Assembly (NCBI GenBank): GCA_002269645.1
Contig: NIVC01002433.1
Coordinates: 1 to 64,000, forward strand
Length of the DNA stretch: 64,000 nucleotides
Reading direction: 5' to 3'
Source: Macrostomum lignano
Lineage: Eukaryota
A program made the translations under genes and the position numbers. Below the pieces are notes generated by a model. That model searched no databases. It had not been told where the DNA came from and was given only the letters and a program-made list of their open reading frames with translations. This document shows positions 1 to 10,159 of the stretch, piece after piece (the stretch's first letter is position 1; the number at the start of each line of letters is the position of its first letter).

Positions 1-1410
1 TTCTTGAGATCATAAACATAGATGTTACAATGGCTATAAGCAGTCTTCGGCTCGGGGAGCCCCAGGCCCCGATAAGATCCCAATGTCGTCCTCAAGAAGG
101 GCCTGAGCCCCAACTCCATCAGGGTGCTTACTAAGCTGTTCAATACTTGCTCCCTGCTTGGGTACTTTCCCAAAGCCTGGAAAAAGGGAATCATAAAGAT
201 GATTCCCAAACCCGACAAACCCAAAGGTCAAATTGACAGCTACCGCCCCATCTGCCTAACTTCCTGCTTAGGAAAATTATATGAAAAAATACTCGCTAGA
301 AACTTTCGAACCATTCTTGAAAACCGTAACATTATTAGTTCCGATCAATGTGCATATCGCCAAGATCACTGCACCTTTGACAACATAGTCAGGATCACAG
401 ATGACGTTCTAAAAATGCTGCAGCTTGGGCAATACACCCTTGGTGTCTTTTTTGATGTTAAGGGCGCCTTTGACGGCGTTTGGCATGACTCGCTACGCCT
501 TGATCTTCTCGACAGTGATCTTCCTCACAGCCTCATGAGGTCCATTTCTAGCTACCTTGACGACAGAGAAGTGCTGGTCCAGGTTGGGGGGCCCTGAGTG
601 AGAGCCTCAACCCGGCGGCAGGTGTTCCCCAGGGAGGTGTCCTCTCGCCGCTCCTCTTCCTGGTTTATGTCAACAAAATTCCGCTTCCTGCTGACAGAAA
701 GGTTCGCATTAGTCAGTACGCAGATGACCTGGCCGTTTGGGCCAGCGCCAGAACTTCATCACTTTCTGCTAAGCTGCTAAATGCCTACTTCAAGAAGCTC
801 AAAATCTGGTTAGACGAGGTTGGGATAATTATCAACCCAAATAAGAGCAAAGCTATTTCTTTTTTCAAGCCCTTGGGCAATCACCGGACAGGACCTGATA
901 GGCCCCCTTGCTGCTTGGCAATCAGTCCATTCCTTACTATGACTCTGTGCGTTTTCTAGGAATTATCCTTGATAAACAGCTCACCTATAAACCTCATCTC
1001 ATCAAGGTAATTAATTCTGCGCAGAACAAGCTCCTTGCGCTGCAGCGCCTTGCTAGTAAGACCAAAATCTCCCAGCAGGGGCTTAGACTGATTTATAGGA
1101 TGTATATTGAGAGCTGCATAATTTATGGCGCTCCAGTCTTGATACACCTCAGGATGCTCAACTCAACAAGTTGCAGCTGCTACAGAACAAAGCGCTGAGA
1201 ACGTCACTAGACGCTCCACTGTGCACTAAAATTAGTTACTTACACTACATCACCAAAATGCCGATGATCAAAGAGCGCATTTGGAATCTAGCCAAGCGCT
1301 GGTACAGAAACACCGAGATGTCTGGAGTACACAACTTCGACCTAGACACCAAGAAATGGGATAGGAGAGGGTTCAGGATGCCTGCAGTGGCCCGTCTGAG
1401 AAATGTCTAA
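1..1410 (+). pseudogene. Frameshifted LINE ORF2 reverse transcriptase (element A)
   Basis: ORFs 124-597, 908-1198 and 1171-1410 join via frameshifts near 590, 900 and 1160. No RNase H follows the RT. Confidence 0.9.
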
Positions 1411-2071
1411 TGTGGCACCCATGCTGTGCTTAGGTTCAACTGTGAGCAGTATTGTCAAACAAGAGCAATTATTGATTAAAACCTAACAAACTCTTGATGT
1501 AATTGTAAAAAAAAATGAAATCTCAAATAAATCTGTGATAAAAAATTTTTTACATTAGAAAATATTCATGACAATACATGTATACAATTTTATTGTACAA
1601 CTAACAATTATTTCATTTTATGCCATATTCCAAATATTTAATGCCAATATGCCAAATATTCAATATACAATAACACTGACGCAACTTTGCCTATACCCCT
1701 CGCCTCTTTGTGCTCTGCTTCATCTTCTGTCTCTCTCCCGACTTTGAACTGTACATGTTTTAATCATCTCTACTGTTTTAATTTGTTTTTACATCTCCTC
1801 ACAATTTCCTTTTTCGATTTGTTCTAATGCCTTCGTTCTCTTCATCTTCGATTCACCTTAGTCAGATTTGTTTTATTGCTTCGATTGCTACTTTATATAT
1901 TATCTGATACACTGTTTTATTTGTTTTATTTTATGCACTTTTTAACAAAATATTGAAATCGAATGTCAATAAAAACTCGATAACCTACAAATACATTGTG
2001 CGTAAAGAGCCGAAAAGGCTGAAGCGCCGGGCCTATTTAAGCCCGAATACTCAACAATGAATGAATGAATG
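1..2071 (+). mobile_element. LINE A: 3' part of a Jockey/I-group non-LTR retrotransposon (RT, 3' UTR, (AATG)4 tail)
   Basis: RT motifs across frameshifts: SYRPICLTSCLGKLYEK, FFDVKGAFDGVWH, GVPQGGVLSPLLF, QYADDL (~715-735), FLGIILDKQLTY. AT-rich UTR 1411-2055, then AATG x4 at 2056-2071. The 5' part lies outside the window. Confidence 0.93.
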
Positions 2072-2415
2072 TTGTTTTCCTTTATTCCGTACCTGCTCAA
2101 CTTGCTTGCTTAACACCGCCTGCTCTACATTGCCTGCTCTACATCTCCTGGTGCTCTCCGGCTCTACAGCAGCATCGCACTACGTGCAGGTCCTACATCG
2201 GTCTTTATCTGCACCGGCGTCAGCGGCTACGCACTGCGTACTGGTCCTACTTCTTGGTGGCGGCGGCGGCTCGGTGGCTTGGCTCGGTGGCGGCGCCGTC
2301 GGCTCGTGCGAGACAGCGGCTTTTAGCGCCAGACTTAACGCTTTCAAAGATGCTTGACTGCTTGACTGCTTGATCATCAAAGATGTCCTCCCGCAAGCCT
2401 TTCACCATCTAACTA

Positions 2416-3012
2416 ATGGTAGACCAGAAAAAAAGAAAAATTGTCTGGTACGGCCCGGCATACACCTATTCCGGTGGTAGTCTGGAAGCCAATGAGGCCT
2501 GGTACCCGGAGTTAACCAAGCTAGTTACCTGGCTCCACGTCGAACTTGGGCTACCACTGTTCAACTCCGGCCTAGTAAATTTTTACGAATCGGGGCATGT
2601 TAACATCCCCTGGCACGCTGATGACGAGACCGAACTTGGCCCCAATCCGACAATAGCCTCTATTTCGCTGGGAGCTACAAGAGAATTAGCCATTAGATCC
2701 AAGCAGTCCAAAAACATTGTTTTTAAGCAACCTCTCGAGTCTGGCAGTTTGTTGGTAATGAGTGGTGCAACTCAGAAATATTTTGAGCACAGCATCTACA
2801 AAGACCCTAAAGTAAAAGACATTCGCGTTAATCTCACCTTTCGAATGACTTCTGAAAATCTGGTCTCCGAGTCTCCAGCGCCCTCGTTGAACCCTTGCGT
2901 TCGCCAGTCGCAGGATCTCATCACTCCCACTGATGATCAGCAGTCATCTCTTGCGACCTTGATGACCAAGACTCTATTCGTAGAAAAGCTGAAGAAGAGC
3001 GAGTCAACCTAG
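2416..3012 (+). CDS. AlkB / 2OG-Fe(II) dioxygenase domain (ALKBH2/3-like), N-terminal part of LINE B ORF1
   Basis: RKIVWYG..YTYSG, FNSGLVNFYESG, WHADDE (His 2614, Asp 2620), IASISLGATR, LESGSLLVMSGATQ, FEHS (His 2788), RVNLTFR (ends 2844). This is the classical AlkB HxD..H..RxxxxxR signature. Confidence 0.92.
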   Translation: MVDQKKRKIVWYGPAYTYSGGSLEANEAWYPELTKLVTWLHVELGLPLFNSGLVNFYESGHVNIPWHADDETELGPNPTIASISLGATRELAIRSKQSKNIVFKQPLESGSLLVMSGATQKYFEHSIYKDPKVKDIRVNLTFRMTSENLVSESPAPSLNPCVRQSQDLITPTDDQQSSLATLMTKTLFVEKLKKSEST

Positions 3013-3881
3013 AGAAAATCAGAAGGGCTAGCCAATCCAGCATTAAATCCAGCGCCAACAATAGCCAGTCCAGGCAGACCAAATCTGCACCAGTCATCTT
3101 CGAAGTCGCCCTGGAAGGAAATGATCCAATATAGTTTGAGTGGCTGCTAAAGACTAATTTCCGTAACGTAAGAATCAAATCAGTTAAAGATCTGTGCCAC
3201 TCACCTGGCTACATTGTCCACCCTGAGCATCCCAGGGACTTCAATACGCTCTTAACAGCTCCAATGAAAATCAGCTCAATTAATGACTTTGAAGTCACCA
3301 GGCGCACTGCTGCTAAGAGACCTGTCCACCAAGCTAATGACCAGCCGAGGGTTCGAGCCCCCCTCAAATCTCCGAACGTTCTCTCCTTCATTGTCCGTAA
3401 CGTTCCGCTAGCGGTCGACGTAAGCGGTCTAGCCAAGCACCTAAATGACTCTGACCAGCAACTCTCAATAGATGGAGCAGTTAGAATTATCTCCAAACAG
3501 ACTGGCCAGCCGACTCCCTTCGTAAGGCTATTCACCAAGTGCCAAAGAGTAGTAGATAGCTGCATCCAACAGGGTATCTACCTAGGATTTGTGAAATATA
3601 GATGCGAAGAATCTAATAGTCTCCCGCCCGTCAGAGCTATCCAGTGCAAGCGGTGCTCAGGACTCGGTCACCATGAGGCGCGCTGCACAGCAAACTATAG
3701 GTGCAACAAATGCGCTGGCAATCATTTCTCAATGGATTGCCCCAAAGACCAAGTCTTCAAGTGTGCAAATTGCGGCGAAAACCATCCGGCATTCTCATTC
3801 AAATGCTCTAAAGTCCGAGAGGCTAACGAATTGGCAACCGCAAAGAACATGACCGAATCCGAAAGCAACAACAACAGCTGA
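2952..3881 (+). CDS. LINE B ORF1 central and C-terminal part: RRM-like region plus three Gag-type zinc knuckles
   Basis: CKRCSGLGHHEARC (CX2CX4HX4C), CNKCAGNHFSMDC (CX2CX3HX4C), CANCGENHPAFSFKC (CX2CX3HX6C), the typical Jockey/I/R1 ORF1 triplet. The same frame extends back to 2952 with one internal TAG near 3130. Confidence 0.88.
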
Positions 3882-4511
3882 GAGCCCATAAGCCAGAAAA
3901 CAGCCAGACCCTTGGGGAAACCTTCGGCGTCCCTGGGCCAATCTCCTACGCAGATGCCATGCGTCCGCAGCCGGTTCTCGGGCCAATAGCCTTCTCTAAC
4001 CGAGCTGCCAAAGCTGCCGAAGCCCAACGAGCATCATTCCCCGCCTCATCTGCCAATGCTGCCGCCGCCGCCTCAGTCGCCTCAGCCAACCAGAATGCTC
4101 TGTCTGATGCAATCAACACATTTGAGCCGCCAACAACTGCTCCAGCCAATCCGGTCATGATGCATCCAGGAGTTGAATCAACTAACCAAATAGGACCAAG
4201 TGAGAGGGGCTTTTTCTCTCGGGAAGATGTGCTCGATGTAGTGTTACAGGCGCTCGACCGACTCATGAACATTGAACAAGGACGGATGTTCACATCCTGG
4301 GAGGCGGGGCAATCGTCTTCCGGGTGGTGTCTGAAGTCGTTAGGGTGTTCAGGTGTCAAAGAGGGCCTGTTGCTGAGTCAGGGGACACCAAAGTCGTGCA
4401 AGCGAACGGAGGTGAAACCTGAACTCTCTTTCTATAGTCTGCTTAGCTCTGCTCTATTAATTCAACTCTCCTCGTAATACTTCTACGACTAAGACTAAAA
4501 GTCACTCTGTT

Positions 4512-5186
4512 GTGCGGGACTCCCTCATTATTGGACACCTGAACTGCAACGGGCTCAGCAACAAAATCTATGAGATAATCTCGTGGCTAAAAAATGAGGA
4601 CTTAGACATAGGACTTTTCTCTGAAACTGGCTTAGTTGACACAAACCCTTTCTTTGTCCAAGACTACGCCATCCTTAGATTTGATAAACCTCACTGTAGA
4701 AGAGGCCTCGCAGTTGCTTACAAAAATAATCTAAACATTATGAATGTCAAAAAGTATTTTGATAACAGTAACCATGAGTTTATTAGCTTTGAGGTTTTCT
4801 TAAAGCATAATAGGCTAAACAAACTTAATATAGTCCTCTTCTACAGGGCGCCTAACCCTACCAAGCTAAACTGCGACATTCTAAAAAATCTTTTCACAAA
4901 TTCCTCCACTTTGGTTATAGGGGACTTCAACTGTAACCACTCTGCCCTAGGTGGAGACACAAATTACAATTACCCCGGCAGACAGCTCTTTGACTGGCTT
5001 GAAAACCACCCCAACCCCCCTATTTTATTAAATAACTATGGTGAATTCAGCAGAGTGTGTAATCGTGGCGGCTCCCACACCGCTAATGAGCTGGACTTGG
5101 GGCTTTGCTCCCCCAATCTTGGTCCTCACACTAGTGAGGTTCCCATAGGTGATGACATGGATAGTGACACTTTCCCATCATCATAA
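4512..5186 (+). CDS. APE-type endonuclease of LINE B ORF2
   Basis: HLNCNGL, DIGLFSET, GLAVAYK, IVLFYRAP, VIGDFNCNH, ELDLGL and SD motifs. Confidence 0.92.
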   Translation: MRDSLIIGHLNCNGLSNKIYEIISWLKNEDLDIGLFSETGLVDTNPFFVQDYAILRFDKPHCRRGLAVAYKNNLNIMNVKKYFDNSNHEFISFEVFLKHNRLNKLNIVLFYRAPNPTKLNCDILKNLFTNSSTLVIGDFNCNHSALGGDTNYNYPGRQLFDWLENHPNPPILLNNYGEFSRVCNRGGSHTANELDLGLCSPNLGPHTSEVPIGDDMDSDTFPSS

Positions 5187-5639
5187 AAGTTTACCTTGAC
5201 CCAAACTGTAAAATTTCGAACCCCCCCCCTAAAAGCTTCTGGAGCACTGATTGGGAAACCTTCAGGGCTGTTCTCCAGGACAAACTCAGTGATAAACTAA
5301 TCAACTATCTCAGGTTGGCCACTCCAGCTGAATTAGATAGGGCTGTAGACCTGCTAACCCAGGGCTTGCACGACACGATTGAGGAGGTGATCCCAAACAG
5401 AGATCCCGCGGACAACTCCCCCCAGACATAATAGCAAAAATTAAACACAGGAGGAAACTTAGAAAACTCTTTAGAAACACCCGGATTGACCATTTTATGA
5501 TTCAGGCGAATCAAGCCGCTAAGGAGATCAGGCTCGCCATCCGTATGCATAGATATAGGAAGTTTGAAAAGTTATGCAAAAAAATTTCCAAAACCAGCTA
5601 CCGAAATGAACCAAAATTTTTTTGGATTGATATAAAAAA

Positions 5640-6853
5640 ATGACGGGGGAAGGTCCTAAACCGATCTCGTACCCCCCAATCGTTCTCAAGGATTCTGTTG
5701 CTGAAACTGAAGCTGAGAAAGCACAGGCCTTCAAGGAGTTCCTTGAGGCTCAGATGCGTCCCTGTCCAGACAGATCCTCCCAGCTCTATAAGAGAATTGA
5801 GGCCCAAAAAGATCATGAGATCTACAAACCCCATAACATCTTAGCTGCGTTAACCTATCATAAAGACCATGCCGATCCTGATAATCCAGACAAAAAAGAC
5901 ATTGAAGCTGATATTCTCAACATCATAGATCAGGATGTTCTTTGGGAGAGTAGGAAGCTCAGGGCAGGAGGGGCTCCCGGGCCTGACAAGATTCCGAACA
6001 TTGTCCTCAAATTTGGCCTGAGTCCAGACTCCATCAGAGTCCTTGCAAAGATCTTTAATGCTAGCTTCCTCCTTGGATACTTCCCAAGCGATGGAAAATG
6101 GCTACTGTCAAAATGATACCCAAACCAAATAAACCTAAAAACCTCATTGATAGCTATAGGCCTATCAGCCTTACCTCTTGTTTAGGCAAGCTTTATGAAA
6201 AAACCTTAGCATGTCTGCTAAAATACTCAATGACTACTTTATCCGACTCAAAAGGTGGCTTGATGCCGTTGGCATTACTATTAATCCCTCTAAAAGTAAA
6301 GCAATCTCCTTCTTTAAGGCAAATGGCAACAAAACAGGCCCGGGTGAACCCCTGATCAAACTCGGGAACAACATAATTAGTTATTATGACACTGTCACCT
6401 TTCTTGGAATGGTCCTAGACAAACAACTCAACTACAAATCTCATATTAACAAGGTCGTTGGTTCTACCACAAATAAGGTTGCTGCGTTAGCCAGAATGGC
6501 AAAAAGAATCTCCCAGCACGGACTAGGACTGATCTACAGGTCTTTCATTGAAAGTACCATCACTTACGGTGCTCCCATCCTTCTTAATCTTCCCGACTTC
6601 CAAGTCAACAGAATTCAGGTACTCTAAAACAAGGCTCTGCGCATCTCCCTTGATGCTCCGCCTTACATAAAAAACTCTTACATCCACTTGGTCACCAACA
6701 TGCCCATGATCAAATATCGCCTACTTAGCCTAGGGAAAAATGGTTCAAAAAGCGTTAGTGGTATTCACAAATTCAAAGATGACACCAAAGAATGGTTGAG
6801 ACCCGGCTTTCGAGTCCCGGTCACAGCTGCGCTCAGGAAAAAACTTAATGCCT
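5640..6853 (+). pseudogene. LINE B reverse transcriptase with frameshifts and an internal deletion
   Basis: APGPDKIPN, SYRPISLTSCLGKLYEK, then an abrupt jump at ~6208 to SAKILNDYF...FLGMVLDKQLNY. The AFD, QG and YADD blocks present in element A are absent. Confidence 0.88.
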
Positions 6854-7834
6854 AATTTATAGCCAGATTCCTGGCTATAAAACAAATATTGTGCTTTTCA
6901 GTTGGAGTTTGGTCTGTCGACCCTCTTCCCTTTGTATAATTGCAATTTTTTGCCGTATGACGGAACGGCTCCCGAAGTTATCGCCTGCCTTCCAAGGGGT
7001 ACTAGCATTGGCTAGGCTGCATAGCCCTCTCTATCCACAGCTCCCTCAGGCGGGGACGTTTTAAACCTGGAACCCCAAACCAGGTGGACCAAAAGGCCCT
7101 TAACTCTGACTGAGTGAGCTGTTATTCACCCCGTAGGGTCCAGTTAGCTATTTATACGGACAAAGTTTGACTCGACTAGTTTGATTAGGATTTGACATTA
7201 TATATTGATTATTCCTTGGAATAATTGATTAAAATATAGACACGAGCACCTCTCTCCGGGAGAGAATCCAACCTTTACTGCAGGCGTATTCTAATTGATG
7301 ACTAAGTATTAATCCAATGCAATTATTTTTGTATTCAAATTATTAAGACATCATATTTTTTAAAAATATTGCCAACTGTTTTACCTCATTTTTTCCAATA
7401 TTGCTAAAAAACTTTTAATTTTGTCCAATATTGCTCAAATATTTTCTTTGTGTTTTATTCTTTGTTTTTAATCCTAAATTTATAAAAAAATGATCGTTTT
7501 AGTTTATTTCTCAAACTCTCAAATTCTTGTTTTACACTTGACCTCATCTTTTGTTCCTTTTTATACTAGTATTATTTGTTAATAGCTACCCCAAATATTT
7601 GTTTTATGTAAATACTCCTCGATTTTATTTTTTTCCTAAATTGGACGACTATAACTTCTAATAATTCGAACATACGCGTAAAAATATAAAGTTGCGCAAG
7701 AGGCCTTCAAAGGGCTGAGGCGCAGGGCAACATTATATTAGCCCCTACTTATTAAAGTAAAAAAAGTAAAAGTTGTTTTCATTTATTAATTTTGGCTTTA
7801 TTTTGTCAACACTTAGTACTAGCATCAATCTGCA

Positions 7835-8679
7835 ATGGAAGTAGAAGTCAATAGCAAAAGATGTGCCTCTAGAGACACTGACTCGCCGCCAGTCAGCACC
7901 AAGAAGGCCAACAACCGGTCCTCCTTCGGTCCAGACCAGAGGTCCTGTTCTGCGTCCTCCAGCAATGCGCCGACTTGTGTGCAACAGCAGACAGTGACTG
8001 AAGAACTTCATGTGGCCAGCGATGGTGAGAGCCAGCCTGTCAAGAGTAGTAAACTAGCAGACTTAGGAAAAGCAACTAAAATATTGATACTCAGTCTACC
8101 AGAACCAGACCTCACAGATGACAAAACTGGCCAGCCTTTAACTAACTGCAAAATTAGATATCTGCCAAATGCGCTCAAATCTTCTGAAGCCAAGCTAAAT
8201 AAAATTTTAATGGAAGACATTTATCCAAACTCATTCCACCATCTAACCAAGGGCAAGCCTGAGGCCAGGAAAATAGTTTGGTATGGGCTTGAGTACACCT
8301 ACGGGGGTACTAAGATTGAGTGCAACGACGCTTGGCACCCAGTCGTCACTCACTTAGCCATTTGGCTTCACGTCGAGCTTAGATTGCCACTAGCTAATTC
8401 GTGCCTGATCAACTTTTATAAAGATGGATCGGTAGCCATCCCATGGCACTCTGACAACGAACCAGAGTTAGGCCACGACCCGACCATTGTGTCGGTGTCG
8501 CTGGGAGCTCAGCGAGACTTCCAGCTTAGGACTAAGGGCCAGAGCCAGAATATAGTCTACTCGCAGAGGCTTGCCAGTGGTAGCATCACGATAATGAGTG
8601 GGCTACGCAACGGTTCTTGCAACACTCAATCACAAAGGACCTCAAAGTTAAGGAACCTCGAATTAATTTAACATTCAGA
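7835..8679 (+). CDS. AlkB / 2OG-Fe(II) dioxygenase domain at the N-terminus of LINE C ORF1 (1-nt frameshift at ~8601)
   Basis: RKIVWYG, NSCLINFYKDG, WHSDNE (His 8447, Asp 8453), IVSVSLGAQR. After a single-base shift it reads ATQRFLQHS (His 8623)...RINLTFR (ends 8679). Confidence 0.9.
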
Positions 8680-8796
8680 GTCACTAGTGATAACAGAATC
8701 TTCGACTCACCAGCTTCTTAGCCTGGCAATCCTTGCATCCAGCTTCCTGAAGAGGCCATCACCTGCGACCTCGATGACGCAGAGTCTGTACGCCGT

Positions 8797-9480
8797 ATGG
8801 CCAGGCAGGAGGCTGAAAACATTAGCAAAATTAGATCACGTTCCAGCAGTAACTCGAGGCGAAAAGCTAAATCCGACCAAACAGACCAAACTCAACCAGC
8901 CAATCAGCGGTCTCAAGCAACCACTCAGCAATCTAAACCTAACACTCAGCAGTCAGAATCTCAGAAGGTAGCTACTCAGCAGTCAAAGCCAAACACTCAG
9001 CAGCCAAACGCAGCCAATCAGCACACACAATCAGGCACTCAGCAACATTCGTCAAACACTCAGCAGAATCATGCAGCCAATCGGCACTCACAATCAGGCA
9101 CGCAACAATCACTAGCAGCCACTCAGCCAGGCACTCAGCAGTCAAAATCAGTTACTCAGCAGTCACAACCAGTCACTCAGCAGTCACCACCAGGCTTACA
9201 GCAAACACAACGAGAGACGCAGCAGACACAATCAACCAACCAATAAACTAATTTTGCAAACCAGACTCGACAGCCAGCTACGGCTAGCACTGTGAATTCC
9301 GTGCAGTCAACTAAACCTAAGCATCCAGACACTCAGCAATCAAGCACCCACACTCAGCAGCCTAATAGCTACCATCTGCCAGCAACTCAGCAATCAACCA
9401 CTCGCACTCAGCAGCAAGCACTCGCACTCAGCAGCCAAGCACTCACACTCAGCAGCCACAAGCACGCACTCAGCAGTCAA
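8797..9480 (+). repeat. Degenerate ACTCAGCAG-based repeats encoding a Q/S/T-rich linker in LINE C ORF1
   Basis: Many TQQS/TQQP units in ORFs 8797-9246 and 9292-9510. Confidence 0.75.
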
Positions 9481-9837
9481 ACTCACAACAATCTAATAAT
9501 TCTAAATTAACTAAAATTACGCCAGTTGTATTTGAGATGCCCTTTGAGGCCAAGAATCATATTAAATTCAAACATTAAAAAAAATTAACTTTCCTAACAC
9601 TTGCATCGTGTCAGTAAAAGAGCTGTATCATAGCTCAAGATACTACGTATTTACTAATTCTCCACACGACATGAACAACTTATTGACAACAACACTAAAA
9701 GTTAACGAAATTAATGGGCACACTGTCACTAGGCGCCTGCCTCAGGCCAACCGACACCTCTCATCAGGATGTTTACAAAGTCAAGGGCAACTTACGACAC
9801 CTGCCTGGAGAACGGCATAAAGCTTGGGCACTGAAAT

Positions 9838-10107
9838 TCCGGTGCGAAGAACCGCACAACCTTCCACCGGTCAAGGAGATTCAGTGCCACAGGTGTCAAG
9901 GCCTTGGACACACCGAAAGCAGGTGCAACGCCGGTTTTGTGTGCAACGTGTGCCGGGACGCACTATTCCGGCGACTGCCCCAAAGATACGGGCTTTAAGT
10001 GCGCTAATTGTGGGGGTGAAAACCCGGCGTTCTCCTTCAAATGCCCAAAGGTTCAGCATGCAAATGAGAGGCGACTGAAAAAGAGCATCATAGGATTCAA
10101 GCTTTAA
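9838..10107 (+). CDS. LINE C ORF1 zinc-knuckle region
   Basis: FRCEEPHNLPPVKEIQCHRCQGLGHTESRC, CNVC/AGTHYSGDC (frameshifted), CANCGGENPAFSFKC; collinear with element B. Confidence 0.85.
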   Translation, partial: SGAKNRTTFHRSRRFSATGVKALDTPKAGATPVLCATCAGTHYSGDCPKDTGFKCANCGGENPAFSFKCPKVQHANERRLKKSIIGFKL

Positions 10108-10159
10108 GACTTAAATTCGAACAGACTAGAAAATTAGAACCTACTCAAACACTAGCTGA

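Larger units (their letters stand above)
2071..7771 (+). mobile_element. LINE B: near full-length Jockey/I-group element with AlkB-containing ORF1, APE endonuclease and internally deleted RT
   Basis: Order is AlkB (2434-2844), three CCHC knuckles, APE (4512-5186), RT (5640-6850), 3' UTR ending in a hairpin motif (7693-7744) and an A-rich AAAGT-like tail. Confidence 0.9.
7772..10159 (+). mobile_element. LINE C: 5' part (ORF1 only) of a second AlkB-carrying family, truncated by a Gypsy LTR
   Basis: Same ORF1 domain order as B (AlkB, low-complexity linker, SVKELYHS..TRR block, three knuckles). The sequence ends at the LTR starting at 10160. Confidence 0.87.

Noticed and set aside
2416-3012. AlkB as an endogenous plant-virus-like replicase fragment or a processed host ALKBH2/3 pseudogene
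   Set aside because: No viral methyltransferase, helicase or RdRp motifs nearby and no polyA or TSD around the domain. It sits at the same ORF1 position in two diverged LINEs with homologous flanks.
6940-7160. GC-richer island in the LINE B 3' UTR as a possible hammerhead ribozyme
   Set aside because: CTGACTGAGTGAG does not fit CUGANGA and I found no properly placed GAAA/stem set. An Infernal search would be needed.
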